Positions 17,600 to 28,843 are shown, numbered from the stretch's first letter. The stretch is DNA of 64,000 bases from Clostridia bacterium (GCA_017403145.1 JAFQOO010000005.1:174008-238007), one strand, 5' to 3'. The notes: a model not told the origin generated them from the sequence alone. Numbers and translations: made by a program.

Positions 17600-20185
17600 A
17601 TGGAAATTATAGATAAAACAAAAAAATTGATTTTAAAACTTCTTGGAAAAGATGAAGAAATCAAAATCAAAGAAGACAGTCAAAAGCTAAAGAATGCTGA
17701 AAGATACGACTGTGATATCAATATAGGACTTTCTAATTCTATCGTTGCAGAAAGGGTTGCCGATAAATTGACCAATCAAAAGCCTATTAATCGTACCAAA
17801 AGCTACGGAAGAATAATTTTTGAAAATATATTCAATTTTTGTAATACCGTTACCATTATTTTAGTTGCCCTACTATTTATTGCCGGTGCCGGTATGTATG
17901 CAGTATCATCGGTTATAGTTATTGCTAATATTGCTATTGGTATTTGGCAAGAAATAAAGGCAAAACACAAGGTCGAAAAACTATCTATGGTTATAGATAA
18001 CACTTGTGAAGTTATAAGAGATGGCGTTCATAGCGAAATTAGTACGAAAGAAATTGTTTTAGATGATATATTTATTAGTCGTGCAGGTCTTCAAATGCCC
18101 GTAGACTCTATTATAAAGAGCGGTGTTATAGAAGTCGACGAATCAATTTTAACAGGTGAATCTGTTCCCGTCAAAAAGTCAGAAGGCGATTACGTACTTG
18201 CTGCTTCGGTTGTAGTATCGGGCGAAGCAATTATGCGTGCGGATAAGGTTGGTAAAGACTGCTATATCGAAAACGTTGCTAGAGTTGCACGTAGGGTAAA
18301 TAAACCTCGTTCGACAATTTTCTCTATCTTGGATAAAGTTATAAAAGGTATATCCATAGCCCTCGTATTCCTTGCTGGACTTCTACTTATATCTATACTT
18401 GTTACAGGTGCCGAATCAACATTCCTTATCGAATCTGGTGCTGATTTAGAGAAAATATCCAAATTCCAAAGTATTGTTATTACAATATCGGCTGCAATTC
18501 TAGGAATGCTCCCTATTGGAATGTTCCTACTAACTTCGACCGCACTAGCAGCATCCACTATCAAGTTTGCAAAAAGAAATACCCTACCCCAAGACCTATA
18601 TTCCATAGAAATGATTGCTATGGTAGATACCTTACTACTAGATAAAACAGGTACTATTACCGATGGTAAACTTGAAGTCTTGGAAGAAAAGAAATTCACC
18701 AACGAAAAAATCAAAGTTGACGAAATTTTTGCTACCATAGTACACGCAACCAAGGACCAAAATAGTACCGCAAATGCGATTAGAGACCACTACCTATATG
18801 CAAAAACCATTGAATATGCTTCATATACCGCATTCTCTTCTGCTCGCAAATTTAGTGCTATAACCTTGAATAACGGTGTTAACTATATTATGGGTGCTCC
18901 CGATTTTATAACGAGAAACACCACTTACGTAGAAGAATTCGTTCAAGAAAACGCACAAAACGGACGTCGTACTTTGGCATTAGTTGAATATCGTGGTAAT
19001 ATCGAGGAGTTTACTCCCGAAAAAGGTCGTTGCTTAGCTGTTATTTCCCTTGAAGACAAGTTGCGCGGAGACGTAAAAGAAACTCTAGATTGGTTTAGAG
19101 AAAACGACGTTGATATAAAGATTATATCCGGCGATAACCCCGTTACCGTTTCTCAAATCGCAATAAAAGCCGGCGTACATAATGCAGAAAATTACGTTAA
19201 CTGCAAAGGCTTGAGTGATGAAGACCTTGAAAAGATTGTTGAAACCACTACTATTTTTGGTAGGGTTTCACCAGAGCAAAAGCAAAAAATCGTTAACCTA
19301 CTACAAGCAAAAGGTAGAGTCGTTGGTATGGTTGGCGATGGTGTAAACGACGTTCAAGCACTAAAAGAAGCCGATTGTTCAATTTCCTTTGCATCAGCAA
19401 ACGAAGTTGCAAGAAATATTTCTCGTATTATCCTTATGGATAATAACTTTAAAACTATCCCTTCTATCGTTCAAGAGGGCAGGCAGGTTATATCCAACAT
19501 TCAAAAGGTTAGCTCGTTGTATATAATGAAAAACCTATTCGTTATGTTTATGGTTTTGATGTTTACAATACTTACCTTTATTACCGAAACGAACTCATAT
19601 CCATTCGATACAAAGAGAATGTTGCTAATAGAGTTCTTTGTTATAGGCGTTCCTACCTTCTGTTTTGCCCTACAACCGAACAAAGCAAGAGCTACTGACA
19701 AATTCCTATCCAATATAATGAAAGCCTCTATTCCCTCTGCTATCGGTCTTATTTCGGGTGTTATGTTCATCTTTGGAATGCTTGGTTGCTTCAAAGGAGA
19801 TTTGACGGGCTTTGCTAATCCACAAACCGCATCAACAGCGGCAGTTGGACTTGCAGCTGCAGGCTTTGCTTGCTTGGTTATAATATCTATGCCTCCGGAT
19901 TGGTTCAGATTGGGACTAATAACTGCAATGATAGGTGTTGCAGCCCTTGCTCTATGGGCGGACTACTATTATGCCGAAATGTTATTTGGCTCCACCTTCT
20001 TAAATATCGACTGGATGATTCCTCTAAATAATTGGCTACTTATTTTAGGATGCACCGGAATATCGGTTGTCGTAACCCTATTATTCCGCTTTGTTATCGA
20101 AAAGATTTCCAAGCAATATGGAGATAAAATATACTCTTTCTTTGAAAATATTGGAAGTAAGCTAAAAATTAAAAAATCGAAATAA
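17600..20185 (+). CDS. Cation-transporting P-type ATPase (CtpE-like)
   Basis: TGES, DKTGT, ISGDN, GDGVND motifs; about 10 TM. Confidence 0.93.
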   Translation: MEIIDKTKKLILKLLGKDEEIKIKEDSQKLKNAERYDCDINIGLSNSIVAERVADKLTNQKPINRTKSYGRIIFENIFNFCNTVTIILVALLFIAGAGMYAVSSVIVIANIAIGIWQEIKAKHKVEKLSMVIDNTCEVIRDGVHSEISTKEIVLDDIFISRAGLQMPVDSIIKSGVIEVDESILTGESVPVKKSEGDYVLAASVVVSGEAIMRADKVGKDCYIENVARVARRVNKPRSTIFSILDKVIKGISIALVFLAGLLLISILVTGAESTFLIESGADLEKISKFQSIVITISAAILGMLPIGMFLLTSTALAASTIKFAKRNTLPQDLYSIEMIAMVDTLLLDKTGTITDGKLEVLEEKKFTNEKIKVDEIFATIVHATKDQNSTANAIRDHYLYAKTIEYASYTAFSSARKFSAITLNNGVNYIMGAPDFITRNTTYVEEFVQENAQNGRRTLALVEYRGNIEEFTPEKGRCLAVISLEDKLRGDVKETLDWFRENDVDIKIISGDNPVTVSQIAIKAGVHNAENYVNCKGLSDEDLEKIVETTTIFGRVSPEQKQKIVNLLQAKGRVVGMVGDGVNDVQALKEADCSISFASANEVARNISRIILMDNNFKTIPSIVQEGRQVISNIQKVSSLYIMKNLFVMFMVLMFTILTFITETNSYPFDTKRMLLIEFFVIGVPTFCFALQPNKARATDKFLSNIMKASIPSAIGLISGVMFIFGMLGCFKGDLTGFANPQTASTAAVGLAAAGFACLVIISMPPDWFRLGLITAMIGVAALALWADYYYAEMLFGSTFLNIDWMIPLNNWLLILGCTGISVVVTLLFRFVIEKISKQYGDKIYSFFENIGSKLKIKKSK

Positions 20186-20191
20186 AGTAAA

Positions 20192-20221
20192 GAAAAAGGA
20201 GTTTTAAAACTCCTTTTTTTT
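20192..20221. terminator. Bidirectional terminator
   Basis: aaaaaggagttttaaaactcctttttt palindrome between convergent genes. Confidence 0.8.
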
Positions 20222-20232
20222 GCTTAAAAACA

Positions 20233-22413
20233 TTAAATTCTCTTTATTGAAATCGTTTCGGGTAGATTTTCTATCTTTCTTATAATAAAGTCCAATTCCT
20301 CGCTTGACTTAATTTGTAAGGTGATATTTATTATTGCTACACCCTTTTGAACTCTCATATCAACGCTGGTCATATAGATGCCTTGATTGGATATGGTTGG
20401 CAATATAACCATCGCAAGACCTGTCTTATCAACACATTCGATAAGTAACCTTGCTTGGAAAACCGAATTATCGCAGTTAGTCCAACTAACCGGTAAAAAT
20501 CTTTCTTTTTCCATAGTTTTAACGTTAGGACAATCCTTTCTATGAACCGAAACACCGGCTCCACGCATAGAATAGCCCACTATTTCATCACCTGGAACGG
20601 GGTTACAGCATCTTGCTAGCTTAACAGCGAAATCGTCGTATCCGGCAACTGAAACACTACTATGGAACTTGTTTTTCTTAGCCTTGGTTTGCTCCGCTTG
20701 AGCAGTTTGGGCATTGTTAAGTTGCTCCATTTTTTGCTCAAGAGCTTTTGCTTTCTTATACTTATCAATTAGCTTGAATAATACTTGACCGGTCTTAAGA
20801 GCGCCATAGCCTATTGATGCATATAGGTCGTCTAGTGAAGATAAAGAATATCTGGTAATAATTTCTTTGATTTCATCGTCTTGTGAGGCAAGCATATTCC
20901 AATCGTAACCCTTGCGCTTTGCCGCTTGTTCTAACATATCCTTACCAAGCTTGATATTTTCTCCCGCTCTTTCCTTTTTGAAGAAAGCACGTATTTTGGC
21001 TTTAGCTTGTGAGGAAACAACGAATTTTAGCCAATCGCGTGAAGGGCCCTTACCAGAGTTTGAAGTAACAATCTCTACTACGTCGCCTGTATTTAAAGCG
21101 GTATTCAAAGGCACCATTTTATTATTGACCTTTGCGCCAATACATTTGTTACCTACTTGGCTATGGACCTTATATGCAAAGTCGACAGGAGTTGCATCCA
21201 TAGGCAAATCGAATACTTCGCCTTTGGGTGAAAATACGTAAATTTCGTTTAAAACTATGCTATTTTTGAAGGTAAATAGATATTCTTTAGAGTCGTTAAT
21301 ATCCTCTTCCGACTCCATAACCTCTCTAACCCAAGAGAGTTTTTTATCAAAATCACTATCGGGTGCGCCACTGGTTTTACCCTCTTTATATTTCCAGTGC
21401 GCCGCAATACCGAACTCAGCAATTCGGTTCATTTCGTGTGTACGAATTTGAATTTCGAATATTTGACCAAAATTAGATACAACCGTAGTATGCAACGATT
21501 GGTATAAGTTTGGTTTTGGCATTGCGATATAGTCTTTAAATCTACCAGGAACGGGTTTCCACATTGAGTGAATAATTCCTAGAACACTATAACATTCCTT
21601 GATATCATCAACTATTACGCGAACCGCAATAAGGTCGTATATTTGTTCCAAAGTCTTGTTTTGATTAACCATCTTTTTATAAATGGAATAAAAATGCTTC
21701 GGACGACCTTTAATTTCTGCTTTTATGCCAACGTGGTCAAGCTCGGTTTCTATTTCACCTGCAATCCTTTTAACGTATTGCATCCTTTCCAAACGCTTTT
21801 GGTCAAGCGCCTCTGCTAGATATTTATAAGCATCAGGGAAAAGATATTTCATAGATAAATCTTCGAGCTCACATTTAACTTGAGAAATACCAAGTCTTGC
21901 ACTCATTGGAGCATAGATATCCAACGTTTCTTGGGCTATTCGTTTTTGCTTTTCTACCGGTAGACTATCAAGAGTACGCATATTATGTAGCCTATCAGCC
22001 AATTTTATAAACAATACACGCAAATCTTTTGATATAGCAAAGAATAGTTTTCTAAGGTTTTCTGCTTGTTCTTCCTCTCTAGAATTAAATTTATACTTTA
22101 ATTTTGAAAGTTTAGTAACAGCTTCAACAAGATTATATATTTCTTCGCCGAATTTTTTCTTTAGATCGGCACCCTCACAGGCGGTATCTTCTATTACGTC
22201 GTGCAATAGAGCAGCGCAAACGCTAGAAACGTCCATTCCCAAGTCAACAAGCGTAATTGCTGCACCAATCGGGTGGTGAATATAAGGTTCACCCGAAACA
22301 CGGAATTGACCTTCGTGCCATTTGGTTGCGTAGTCTAGTGCATATTGAATTAGTGTAAAATCGCCTTCCGAATAAGCATTTTTACATTTTTTCAAAAACT
22401 CTTGAACTATCAT
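20233..22413 (-). CDS. relA: Bifunctional (p)ppGpp synthetase/hydrolase Rel
   Basis: HD motif LLHDVIEDT, KLADRLHNMR, YQSLHT, EIQIRT, TGS and ACT domains. Confidence 0.97.
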   Translation of the reverse strand: MIVQEFLKKCKNAYSEGDFTLIQYALDYATKWHEGQFRVSGEPYIHHPIGAAITLVDLGMDVSSVCAALLHDVIEDTACEGADLKKKFGEEIYNLVEAVTKLSKLKYKFNSREEEQAENLRKLFFAISKDLRVLFIKLADRLHNMRTLDSLPVEKQKRIAQETLDIYAPMSARLGISQVKCELEDLSMKYLFPDAYKYLAEALDQKRLERMQYVKRIAGEIETELDHVGIKAEIKGRPKHFYSIYKKMVNQNKTLEQIYDLIAVRVIVDDIKECYSVLGIIHSMWKPVPGRFKDYIAMPKPNLYQSLHTTVVSNFGQIFEIQIRTHEMNRIAEFGIAAHWKYKEGKTSGAPDSDFDKKLSWVREVMESEEDINDSKEYLFTFKNSIVLNEIYVFSPKGEVFDLPMDATPVDFAYKVHSQVGNKCIGAKVNNKMVPLNTALNTGDVVEIVTSNSGKGPSRDWLKFVVSSQAKAKIRAFFKKERAGENIKLGKDMLEQAAKRKGYDWNMLASQDDEIKEIITRYSLSSLDDLYASIGYGALKTGQVLFKLIDKYKKAKALEQKMEQLNNAQTAQAEQTKAKKNKFHSSVSVAGYDDFAVKLARCCNPVPGDEIVGYSMRGAGVSVHRKDCPNVKTMEKERFLPVSWTNCDNSVFQARLLIECVDKTGLAMVILPTISNQGIYMTSVDMRVQKGVAIINITLQIKSSEELDFIIRKIENLPETISIKRI

Positions 22414-24698
22414 ATTTTCCCTCCGGACAGTTTAAGAATTTCAGATTGAGCAAGGTCTTTCTTTTCCATACTGAATCTTACGATATCATTGTCAAAATAT
22501 ATAATATTTAGCTCTTGTAGTACGTAATATCCAAGTATAAACTCTATGAATGAATAATTATATCCGGATAACGCACATTTATAATACATATCTATTATAC
22601 CCTCTCTATCTCTATCGCCATAATTGTTTCTAATAACATTATAGGTTTTAATTAGAGAATTTCTATCGGGTAACTTGTCGCTAATAACTATATCTAGTTC
22701 GTTTTCTATGCCCTTTACAGAGGCGCTATATTCCATTTTAAGCGCGTTTATGTAACTCGTAGGCGGATTATCGTAAACTTCGATTTCAGCGAAATAATCA
22801 AAGTTTAAAGTGCCGTGAGGGGCTAGTAATATAGTATTAAATGGATTTTTAGTAGAAAGCTTATGTAATGCCCTAACGTAGTTAGGATATTGTTCTATAA
22901 GCTTCATATAGGTATTCTTAGACCAAGTGATAATTAGTTTACCAAACATATCGTTAGAATGACCTCTAACGTGTTTTGTGGTGTTTTCCTGTCCTTTATA
23001 GGCATATCTTTCTGCAACTGCAAGAAGAATTTCTCTATCGTTTGGTATTATTTCGTTAATAACCATATCTTTAAAGGTGCATCTAACGCTATCACGCCCC
23101 ATAAAGGTTTCTTTATCGGGATTATAGTATATAGTTTTAGACATTGGTGCCCTTAAAGTTTCCAAATTTTCAAGCTCGTTGAAAGCAACTATTTCGGTTA
23201 CTTGGGAAATCTTACATTTAATATGATTGAGCTTCTTTATCCTTTCAAAAGGCAAAGCGCCTACTATAGAAGAAAAAATAGGTTTAGGATTACCCATTCC
23301 AAAAGGTTCCAAACGTTTTAGCTGATTAACGAATTGCAAATTTATTTCACTCAATTCTAAATTTGCATCACTATGGTAATCAAGAGTAAACAATTCTTCA
23401 CTATAATTCTCTATTATATAGGAATTTGCTTTATCAATAAACGACTCCATTTTATCAGGTTCTACACTCAAGCCGGCAGCCATTTGGTGCCCGCCAAATT
23501 GAATTATAAACTCACTGGCACCATTCAATACTTCGTGGATATTTATACCGTTTATCGAGCGACACGAACCCTTGTAAACGTCGTCTTTTTTTGAGAAAAG
23601 AATGGTAGGACGATGAAATTCTTCAGCAATTTTGGCTGCAGCAATTCCAATTACTCCACCTTCCCAATCATCATTATGTAAAACTATAATTCTTCTATTG
23701 ATTAAATCGTAATCAAGAAGCAACTTTTTAGCATCGGAAATTGTTTCAAGGCACAATTCTTGGCGTCTTTTGTTCTCGTTTTCCAATTCGGTAGAGAGTT
23801 TATCGCACTCGTAACGATTGTTGCTAATGAGTAGCTTCAAAGACTTTTCTGCATTAGAAAGTCTACCGGACGCATTCAATCTAGGAGCAATTTTAAAAGC
23901 AATATCACCACTAGTAACAGGTGCATTATATTTATGTCCCGAAATATTTAGAAGTGATTTTATACCAACCCTAACGTTTGGTCCTGATAGCCTTTTTAAA
24001 CCTTCAATTGCTATAATACGATTATCTTTAACAAGTGGCACTAAGTCTGCTATTGTAGAAATTGCACAAATATCAAGGTATTTTTCAGCATAATTGTCGC
24101 CATATAGCGCCCTAATAAGCATATAAGCAACGCCACAACCGCAAAGCTCGGGTGCGTTTTCTTGAATTTTAGGGTTCACTACTATGCAGTCAGGTAAAAT
24201 CTCTCTAGGTTCGTGATGGTCGGTAACAATAATGTCAATGCCCGATTTTTTAGCAATTTCTACCTCATCAACGGAACCAATACCACAGTCAACGGTGATA
24301 ATTAAGGTTGGATTACTATTTTCAATAGCGCGTTTAAGTGAGTTTTCACTAAGCCCGTAACCATCTTCTATTCTTGTAGGAATAAAAACTGATACGTTGC
24401 CCCCGTGCTCCTCTAGAGCCATTTTTAGCATTGCGCTAGCCCCTATTCCGTCGCAATCATAGTCGCCGAATATAAGAATTCTACCGATAGATATATGCTC
24501 GTTAATCTTACTTACAGCTTGCTCTATACCTTCTAGTACGTTTGGTTTAGAAAGCCTGTTTAAGCTAGGTTCCAAAAACTCTACAAGTTTTTCTTCCGTG
24601 TCAAAACCGCGCTTAACTAACAACTCGGTTAAAACCACGTTAAGCCCGGTTTTTTTGGATAAATCAAATATTGAGTTTTTGCTGTTATTATTGAGCAT
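22410..24698 (-). CDS. recJ: ssDNA exonuclease RecJ
   Basis: GDYDCDG, TVDCG, TDHH, PRLNASGR, GGHQMAAG, LEPFGMGN. Confidence 0.96.
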   Translation of the reverse strand: MLNNNSKNSIFDLSKKTGLNVVLTELLVKRGFDTEEKLVEFLEPSLNRLSKPNVLEGIEQAVSKINEHISIGRILIFGDYDCDGIGASAMLKMALEEHGGNVSVFIPTRIEDGYGLSENSLKRAIENSNPTLIITVDCGIGSVDEVEIAKKSGIDIIVTDHHEPREILPDCIVVNPKIQENAPELCGCGVAYMLIRALYGDNYAEKYLDICAISTIADLVPLVKDNRIIAIEGLKRLSGPNVRVGIKSLLNISGHKYNAPVTSGDIAFKIAPRLNASGRLSNAEKSLKLLISNNRYECDKLSTELENENKRRQELCLETISDAKKLLLDYDLINRRIIVLHNDDWEGGVIGIAAAKIAEEFHRPTILFSKKDDVYKGSCRSINGINIHEVLNGASEFIIQFGGHQMAAGLSVEPDKMESFIDKANSYIIENYSEELFTLDYHSDANLELSEINLQFVNQLKRLEPFGMGNPKPIFSSIVGALPFERIKKLNHIKCKISQVTEIVAFNELENLETLRAPMSKTIYYNPDKETFMGRDSVRCTFKDMVINEIIPNDREILLAVAERYAYKGQENTTKHVRGHSNDMFGKLIITWSKNTYMKLIEQYPNYVRALHKLSTKNPFNTILLAPHGTLNFDYFAEIEVYDNPPTSYINALKMEYSASVKGIENELDIVISDKLPDRNSLIKTYNVIRNNYGDRDREGIIDMYYKCALSGYNYSFIEFILGYYVLQELNIIYFDNDIVRFSMEKKDLAQSEILKLSGGKI

Positions 24699-24755
24699 AT
24701 ATCTCCTAAATAGCTATCAAAAAAAGCCCGCAAGCGAGCCTTTCTTGATTTGGTT

Positions 24756-25799
24756 TTATCTTCTTCTGTTTTTTGCTTGCTTTCTAGCTTTCTTGCTCTT
24801 GCCAAGTTTAGCATTCATAAGTAGACCCCAAATGCTAGGTGCAACGAACAATGAGCTATATAGACCGGACATAATACCAAAGATAATTGGTAATGCGAAA
24901 TCTGTCAAGGACTTGATACCCCAGCAAGCTAGGATGGTTATAGTGATTAACGTAGTGAATGATGAGAGGAAGGTTCTAACGAAGCACTCGGAAACCGATT
25001 GGTCAACGAGATTTTCAACGTTTAATCTTCCGTCTTTAGCTTCTTTCTTATGTTCTCTTACGCGGTCGAAGATAACAATGGTATTGTTGATAGAATATGC
25101 AACAACGGTTATAAGACCAGCAATTAGAGAGCTGTTTATTTGAATTCTAAAGGTAATAACGAGCGCAAGCATAACAATGATATCGGTAAATGATGCGCAA
25201 AGAGCTGCTATACCACTAAAGAAGTCGAAACGGATAGCAATATAGATAAGCATCAATACCATAGCAATACCAACGGAAAGCAATGCTTTATTGATTAGTT
25301 GGTCGCTAGCGGTAGCGTTAATCATTTCTGCACTAGCAATAACAGATGATGCGTTAGAATACTTTGCCTTAAGAGCTGTTTCTACTTGTTCAATAATGGT
25401 GTTATTGATAGAAATCATTTCTTCGGTTTTTGAAGATTCGTTATAATCAACGCCGTTGATAGAGTTGGGATAGCGAACTACGATTGCGTTATCACCGCTG
25501 TTTTGGTCGGTAGATATTTTTGCACCGTTATTCTCAACTATTTCTTTGATAGTATTATAAACGTCGTTTCTATTAGCGCCTTGGATATCAGCACCATCCA
25601 TTTGAACGGTTAGAACTGTACCACCTTTAAAATCGATACCAATGTTTGCAAAACCGTCGTACTTATTACCTTCGGTGCTATAAACGGTACCGCATACTAA
25701 AGCGATAAAGATAATAGCTATAGGAAGGATAAACCAGTAATATGCATTGCGGAAAATCTTAATATTATTTAATTTAGGAAGTTTAATATTGTTTTTCAT
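24756..25799 (-). CDS. secF: Protein translocase subunit SecF
   Basis: GIDFKGG, YSINNTIVIFDRVRE. Confidence 0.95.
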   Translation of the reverse strand: MKNNIKLPKLNNIKIFRNAYYWFILPIAIIFIALVCGTVYSTEGNKYDGFANIGIDFKGGTVLTVQMDGADIQGANRNDVYNTIKEIVENNGAKISTDQNSGDNAIVVRYPNSINGVDYNESSKTEEMISINNTIIEQVETALKAKYSNASSVIASAEMINATASDQLINKALLSVGIAMVLMLIYIAIRFDFFSGIAALCASFTDIIVMLALVITFRIQINSSLIAGLITVVAYSINNTIVIFDRVREHKKEAKDGRLNVENLVDQSVSECFVRTFLSSFTTLITITILACWGIKSLTDFALPIIFGIMSGLYSSLFVAPSIWGLLMNAKLGKSKKARKQAKNRRR

Positions 25800-25800
25800 A

Positions 25801-27102
25801 TTATTTTACCTCCTTCTCAATATCAACACCCTTACGACGTAAGCCGTATAGAGCATCGCTTTCTTCGTTAAATGCTAAAGCAATATTGATAAGCAATCTA
25901 GTAACTACAAGAGCGGTAAACATAGAAATAACGATACCTATCAATAGAGTAATACCAAAGCTCTTAATGGTGGTAGCACCAAATATAATCATAACGATAG
26001 AACCTAAAATAGTAGTAATATTACCATCTAAAATAGCGGAAAGAGCTTTCTTAAAACCAATTTGAACCGAAGTTCTAATAGATTTACCACCATTCAATCT
26101 TTCGTCCTTTATTCTTTCAAAAATAATAACGTTTGCGTCAACCGCCATACCTATTGAAAGAATAATACCTGCTATTGAAGGGAGTGTAAGTTGAACCCAA
26201 GGAACTATAGCAAGAGCGTACATCATAATTACAGTATAAATTACAAGTGCACCGGCTGCAACAAGGCCCATTGCTCTATAGATAAGAACCATAAGAAGAA
26301 TGATTATTCCAAGACCGATAGCACCGGCAATCAAACTGCTTGCAAGAGCATTTTGACCTAAGGTTGCGGAAATGGTTGAGTTTTCTTCGGGGGTAAGAGC
26401 TACCGCAAAGGTACCTGCTTGAAGCTTGATAGCCAAATCGCTTGCTTGTTGTTGGGTGTAGTTACCGGTGATAACCGCTTCACCTTCGTTTATCGCTGCG
26501 TTAACGGTAGGAGCCATAATTTCTTCACCATTGATATAAATTGCCAATTTCTTACCAACGTTAGCACTGGTAGCACTAGCAAAAGCGGTGGTTCCTTCGT
26601 CGTTAAACTTTAGGCTGATTGCATATGAACCATTGTAAGGAATGGGTTGAGCATCTTGTAGGTGCTTACCACCTTCGATTAGAACGGTACCGCTTTCATC
26701 ACGGAATTCTAGTTCTGCGGGCTCGCCTATCAAAGCCATAAGACTAGCAGTATCATCAACCGAGGGGATTTCTACACGAATCTTATCATTACCTTGACGG
26801 GTAACGGTTGCTTCGGTATAACCTTTGGAGAATAATAGTGCTTCAAGGTTAGCGATGGTTCCGTCAACTGCGGAATCTCTTTGGTCAGAATCAATGTCTT
26901 CAAGGTCCATTGCGTATACTACGTACATACCGCCTTCTAGGTCGAGGCCAAGCTTGATGCTCTTTGATACCCAGTAAAAGTCGTAATTAGACTTACCGAT
27001 AGCAAAAGAATCTTGACCGTTAAGCGGGAAAATCAAAAGGCCGAGACCGATAACAAGAACGGCTACAACGACCAATATGATGATAGATTTGATTTTACTC
27101 AC
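25801..27102 (-). CDS. secD: Protein translocase subunit SecD
   Basis: LGLDLEGG, GMAVDANVIIFERI, DGNITT; GTG start. Confidence 0.96.
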   Translation of the reverse strand: MSKIKSIIILVVVAVLVIGLGLLIFPLNGQDSFAIGKSNYDFYWVSKSIKLGLDLEGGMYVVYAMDLEDIDSDQRDSAVDGTIANLEALLFSKGYTEATVTRQGNDKIRVEIPSVDDTASLMALIGEPAELEFRDESGTVLIEGGKHLQDAQPIPYNGSYAISLKFNDEGTTAFASATSANVGKKLAIYINGEEIMAPTVNAAINEGEAVITGNYTQQQASDLAIKLQAGTFAVALTPEENSTISATLGQNALASSLIAGAIGLGIIILLMVLIYRAMGLVAAGALVIYTVIMMYALAIVPWVQLTLPSIAGIILSIGMAVDANVIIFERIKDERLNGGKSIRTSVQIGFKKALSAILDGNITTILGSIVMIIFGATTIKSFGITLLIGIVISMFTALVVTRLLINIALAFNEESDALYGLRRKGVDIEKEVK

Positions 27103-27203
27103 GAGTTATGCCTCCTAGCATTAGTCCTAACAATTATAAATCTTTTACAAATTAAAGTCAATAATATTTATTATATATTATTATAATTTAAATAAGATAA
27201 AAA

Positions 27204-27233
27204 TAAAAAAAGACGGTTTGAACCGTCCTTTTT
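27204..27233 (-). terminator. Terminator after scfB
   Basis: aaaaagacgg-tttgaa-ccgtccttttt. Confidence 0.7.
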
Positions 27234-27242
27234 ATCAAATTA

Positions 27243-28598
27243 TTATTTTTGCTTTTCGATATATGCTATTGCTAAACTATTTTCCAGACGTTTTCTAGTT
27301 AGGATACAGCCCTGCTCGAATTGCCCTTCTAGCTTACCGGTAAAGTTTTTAGCGTTAGCGGCACATCCACCACCGCAGTAATATTTTGCAGGACAATCGG
27401 TACAATGCTCTTTAGCAAGAACGGTATTTTTAGAAAATCTTTCCCTTATGTTTTCGTTGACTATACCATCGTAAACCGAGCCGATAAGGTACTCTTTTTC
27501 ACCAACGAATTGGTGGCAAGGATATATTTCACCAATAGGAGAAACAGCAACGTATTCGGTACCTGCGCCACAACCGGTCAAACGCTTATTAACACAAGGG
27601 CCGTGGTCCAAATCTATCATATAATGGAAGAAATTGAACCATTTTTCCCCTTTTCTGCGTTCAATATAGCTTTCAGCCAGTTTATCATACTCTTCACAAA
27701 TTTTGGGCAAATGCTCGTCTTTAATAACCAAATGATGGCTATTAGGTAGCACTACGGGTTCAATAGAAATTTGGTCGAAGCCTTGGTCGTTCAAATACAA
27801 AATATCTTCGCTAAAATCAAGGTTTTTAGCAGTAAAAGTACCTCTAACGTAGTATCTCTTATCCCCTCTTACCTTGCGGAACTTTATTGCATTTTTTAAC
27901 ACAACGTCGAAATTGGGGTTTCCTGTGGGTGATTTTCTTACTCCATCGTGAACACATCTTCTTCCGTCAATGGAAAGAACAACGTTGTCCATTTCTTCGT
28001 TAAGCCACTTGATATTATCGTCGTTAAGAAGTAGACAGTTAGTAGTCATAGTAAAACTAAATCTTTTACCACGTTTTTCAGCTTCTACTTTTGCATAATC
28101 AACAATCCCTTTTACAACGTCAAGATTGAGTAAAGGTTCTCCGCCAAAGAAATCAACTTCTAGATTCTTTTTTATACCACAATTTGCAAGCAACAAGTCG
28201 ATTGCCTTTTTACCGACTTCTAGGCTCATATAGTCCCTTTCGGTGTTATAGGTACCTTCGTTAGCAAAACAATATTCGCAACGCATATTACAATCGTGGC
28301 AAATATGCAAACACATTGCTTTTAGATATTTGTAGCTTTTGTTAAAAGTAAGATATTGAGGCTTAGCATCCAAAACACCCTCTTTTTCAAGTTCCAAAAT
28401 TTCGTCTAAAATCTCAGCCTTGCTTTCATTGGAAATAGCATTATAGTCCTCCATTTCCAACGAGGTCATTTCTTTAGCGTATTTATTCTTGGCACACAAA
28501 AAAGCGACATAGTCTACGTTAAGTAAACTGCCGCTTTCAATGTCCCACAAAAAATATAACGGTTTTCCGTTATGCTTATAAGTGAAAGTATGAACCAT
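27243..28598 (-). CDS. scfB: SCIFF/ranthipeptide radical SAM-SPASM maturase
   Basis: CLHICHDCNMRCEYCFA, FFGGEPL, GCGAG, YPCHQF, CTDCPAKYYCGGGC. Confidence 0.95.
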   Translation of the reverse strand: MVHTFTYKHNGKPLYFLWDIESGSLLNVDYVAFLCAKNKYAKEMTSLEMEDYNAISNESKAEILDEILELEKEGVLDAKPQYLTFNKSYKYLKAMCLHICHDCNMRCEYCFANEGTYNTERDYMSLEVGKKAIDLLLANCGIKKNLEVDFFGGEPLLNLDVVKGIVDYAKVEAEKRGKRFSFTMTTNCLLLNDDNIKWLNEEMDNVVLSIDGRRCVHDGVRKSPTGNPNFDVVLKNAIKFRKVRGDKRYYVRGTFTAKNLDFSEDILYLNDQGFDQISIEPVVLPNSHHLVIKDEHLPKICEEYDKLAESYIERRKGEKWFNFFHYMIDLDHGPCVNKRLTGCGAGTEYVAVSPIGEIYPCHQFVGEKEYLIGSVYDGIVNENIRERFSKNTVLAKEHCTDCPAKYYCGGGCAANAKNFTGKLEGQFEQGCILTRKRLENSLAIAYIEKQK

Positions 28599-28612
28599 TT
28601 TTTAAGAAAAAA

Positions 28613-28783
28613 CTAGTCTTCGTTTTTAATGGTCTTATTGATTTTTTCTTCCTTAGCGCAAGCTTGGTTACCTACGGTGCAAGAAGTTTTGCAAGCGGAT
28701 TGACAACTAGCTTGGCATTCGCCACAACCGATTTCGTGATTTTTAGTGAGAGATTTCTTGGTAACAATTTCGATATGCTTCAT
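28613..28783 (-). CDS. scfA: Six-cysteine ranthipeptide precursor (SCIFF), 56 aa; absent from ORF track
   Basis: MKHIEIVTKKSLTKNHEIGCGECQASCQSACKTSCTVGNQACAKEEKINKTIKNED*; SD ggagg; adjacent to scfB. Confidence 0.95.
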   Translation of the reverse strand: MKHIEIVTKKSLTKNHEIGCGECQASCQSACKTSCTVGNQACAKEEKINKTIKNED

Positions 28784-28843
28784 AAAAAGCCTCCAAAAAT
28801 ATTTTTATATGAATATTATATATATAAGTTTTAAAAATTGCAA

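Noticed and set aside
24598-25143. Long antisense ORFs (also 3526-4017, 18262-18753, 32074-32544, 38775-39239 and others)
   Set aside because: Shadows of conserved genes on the opposite strand; no RBS or recognisable motifs
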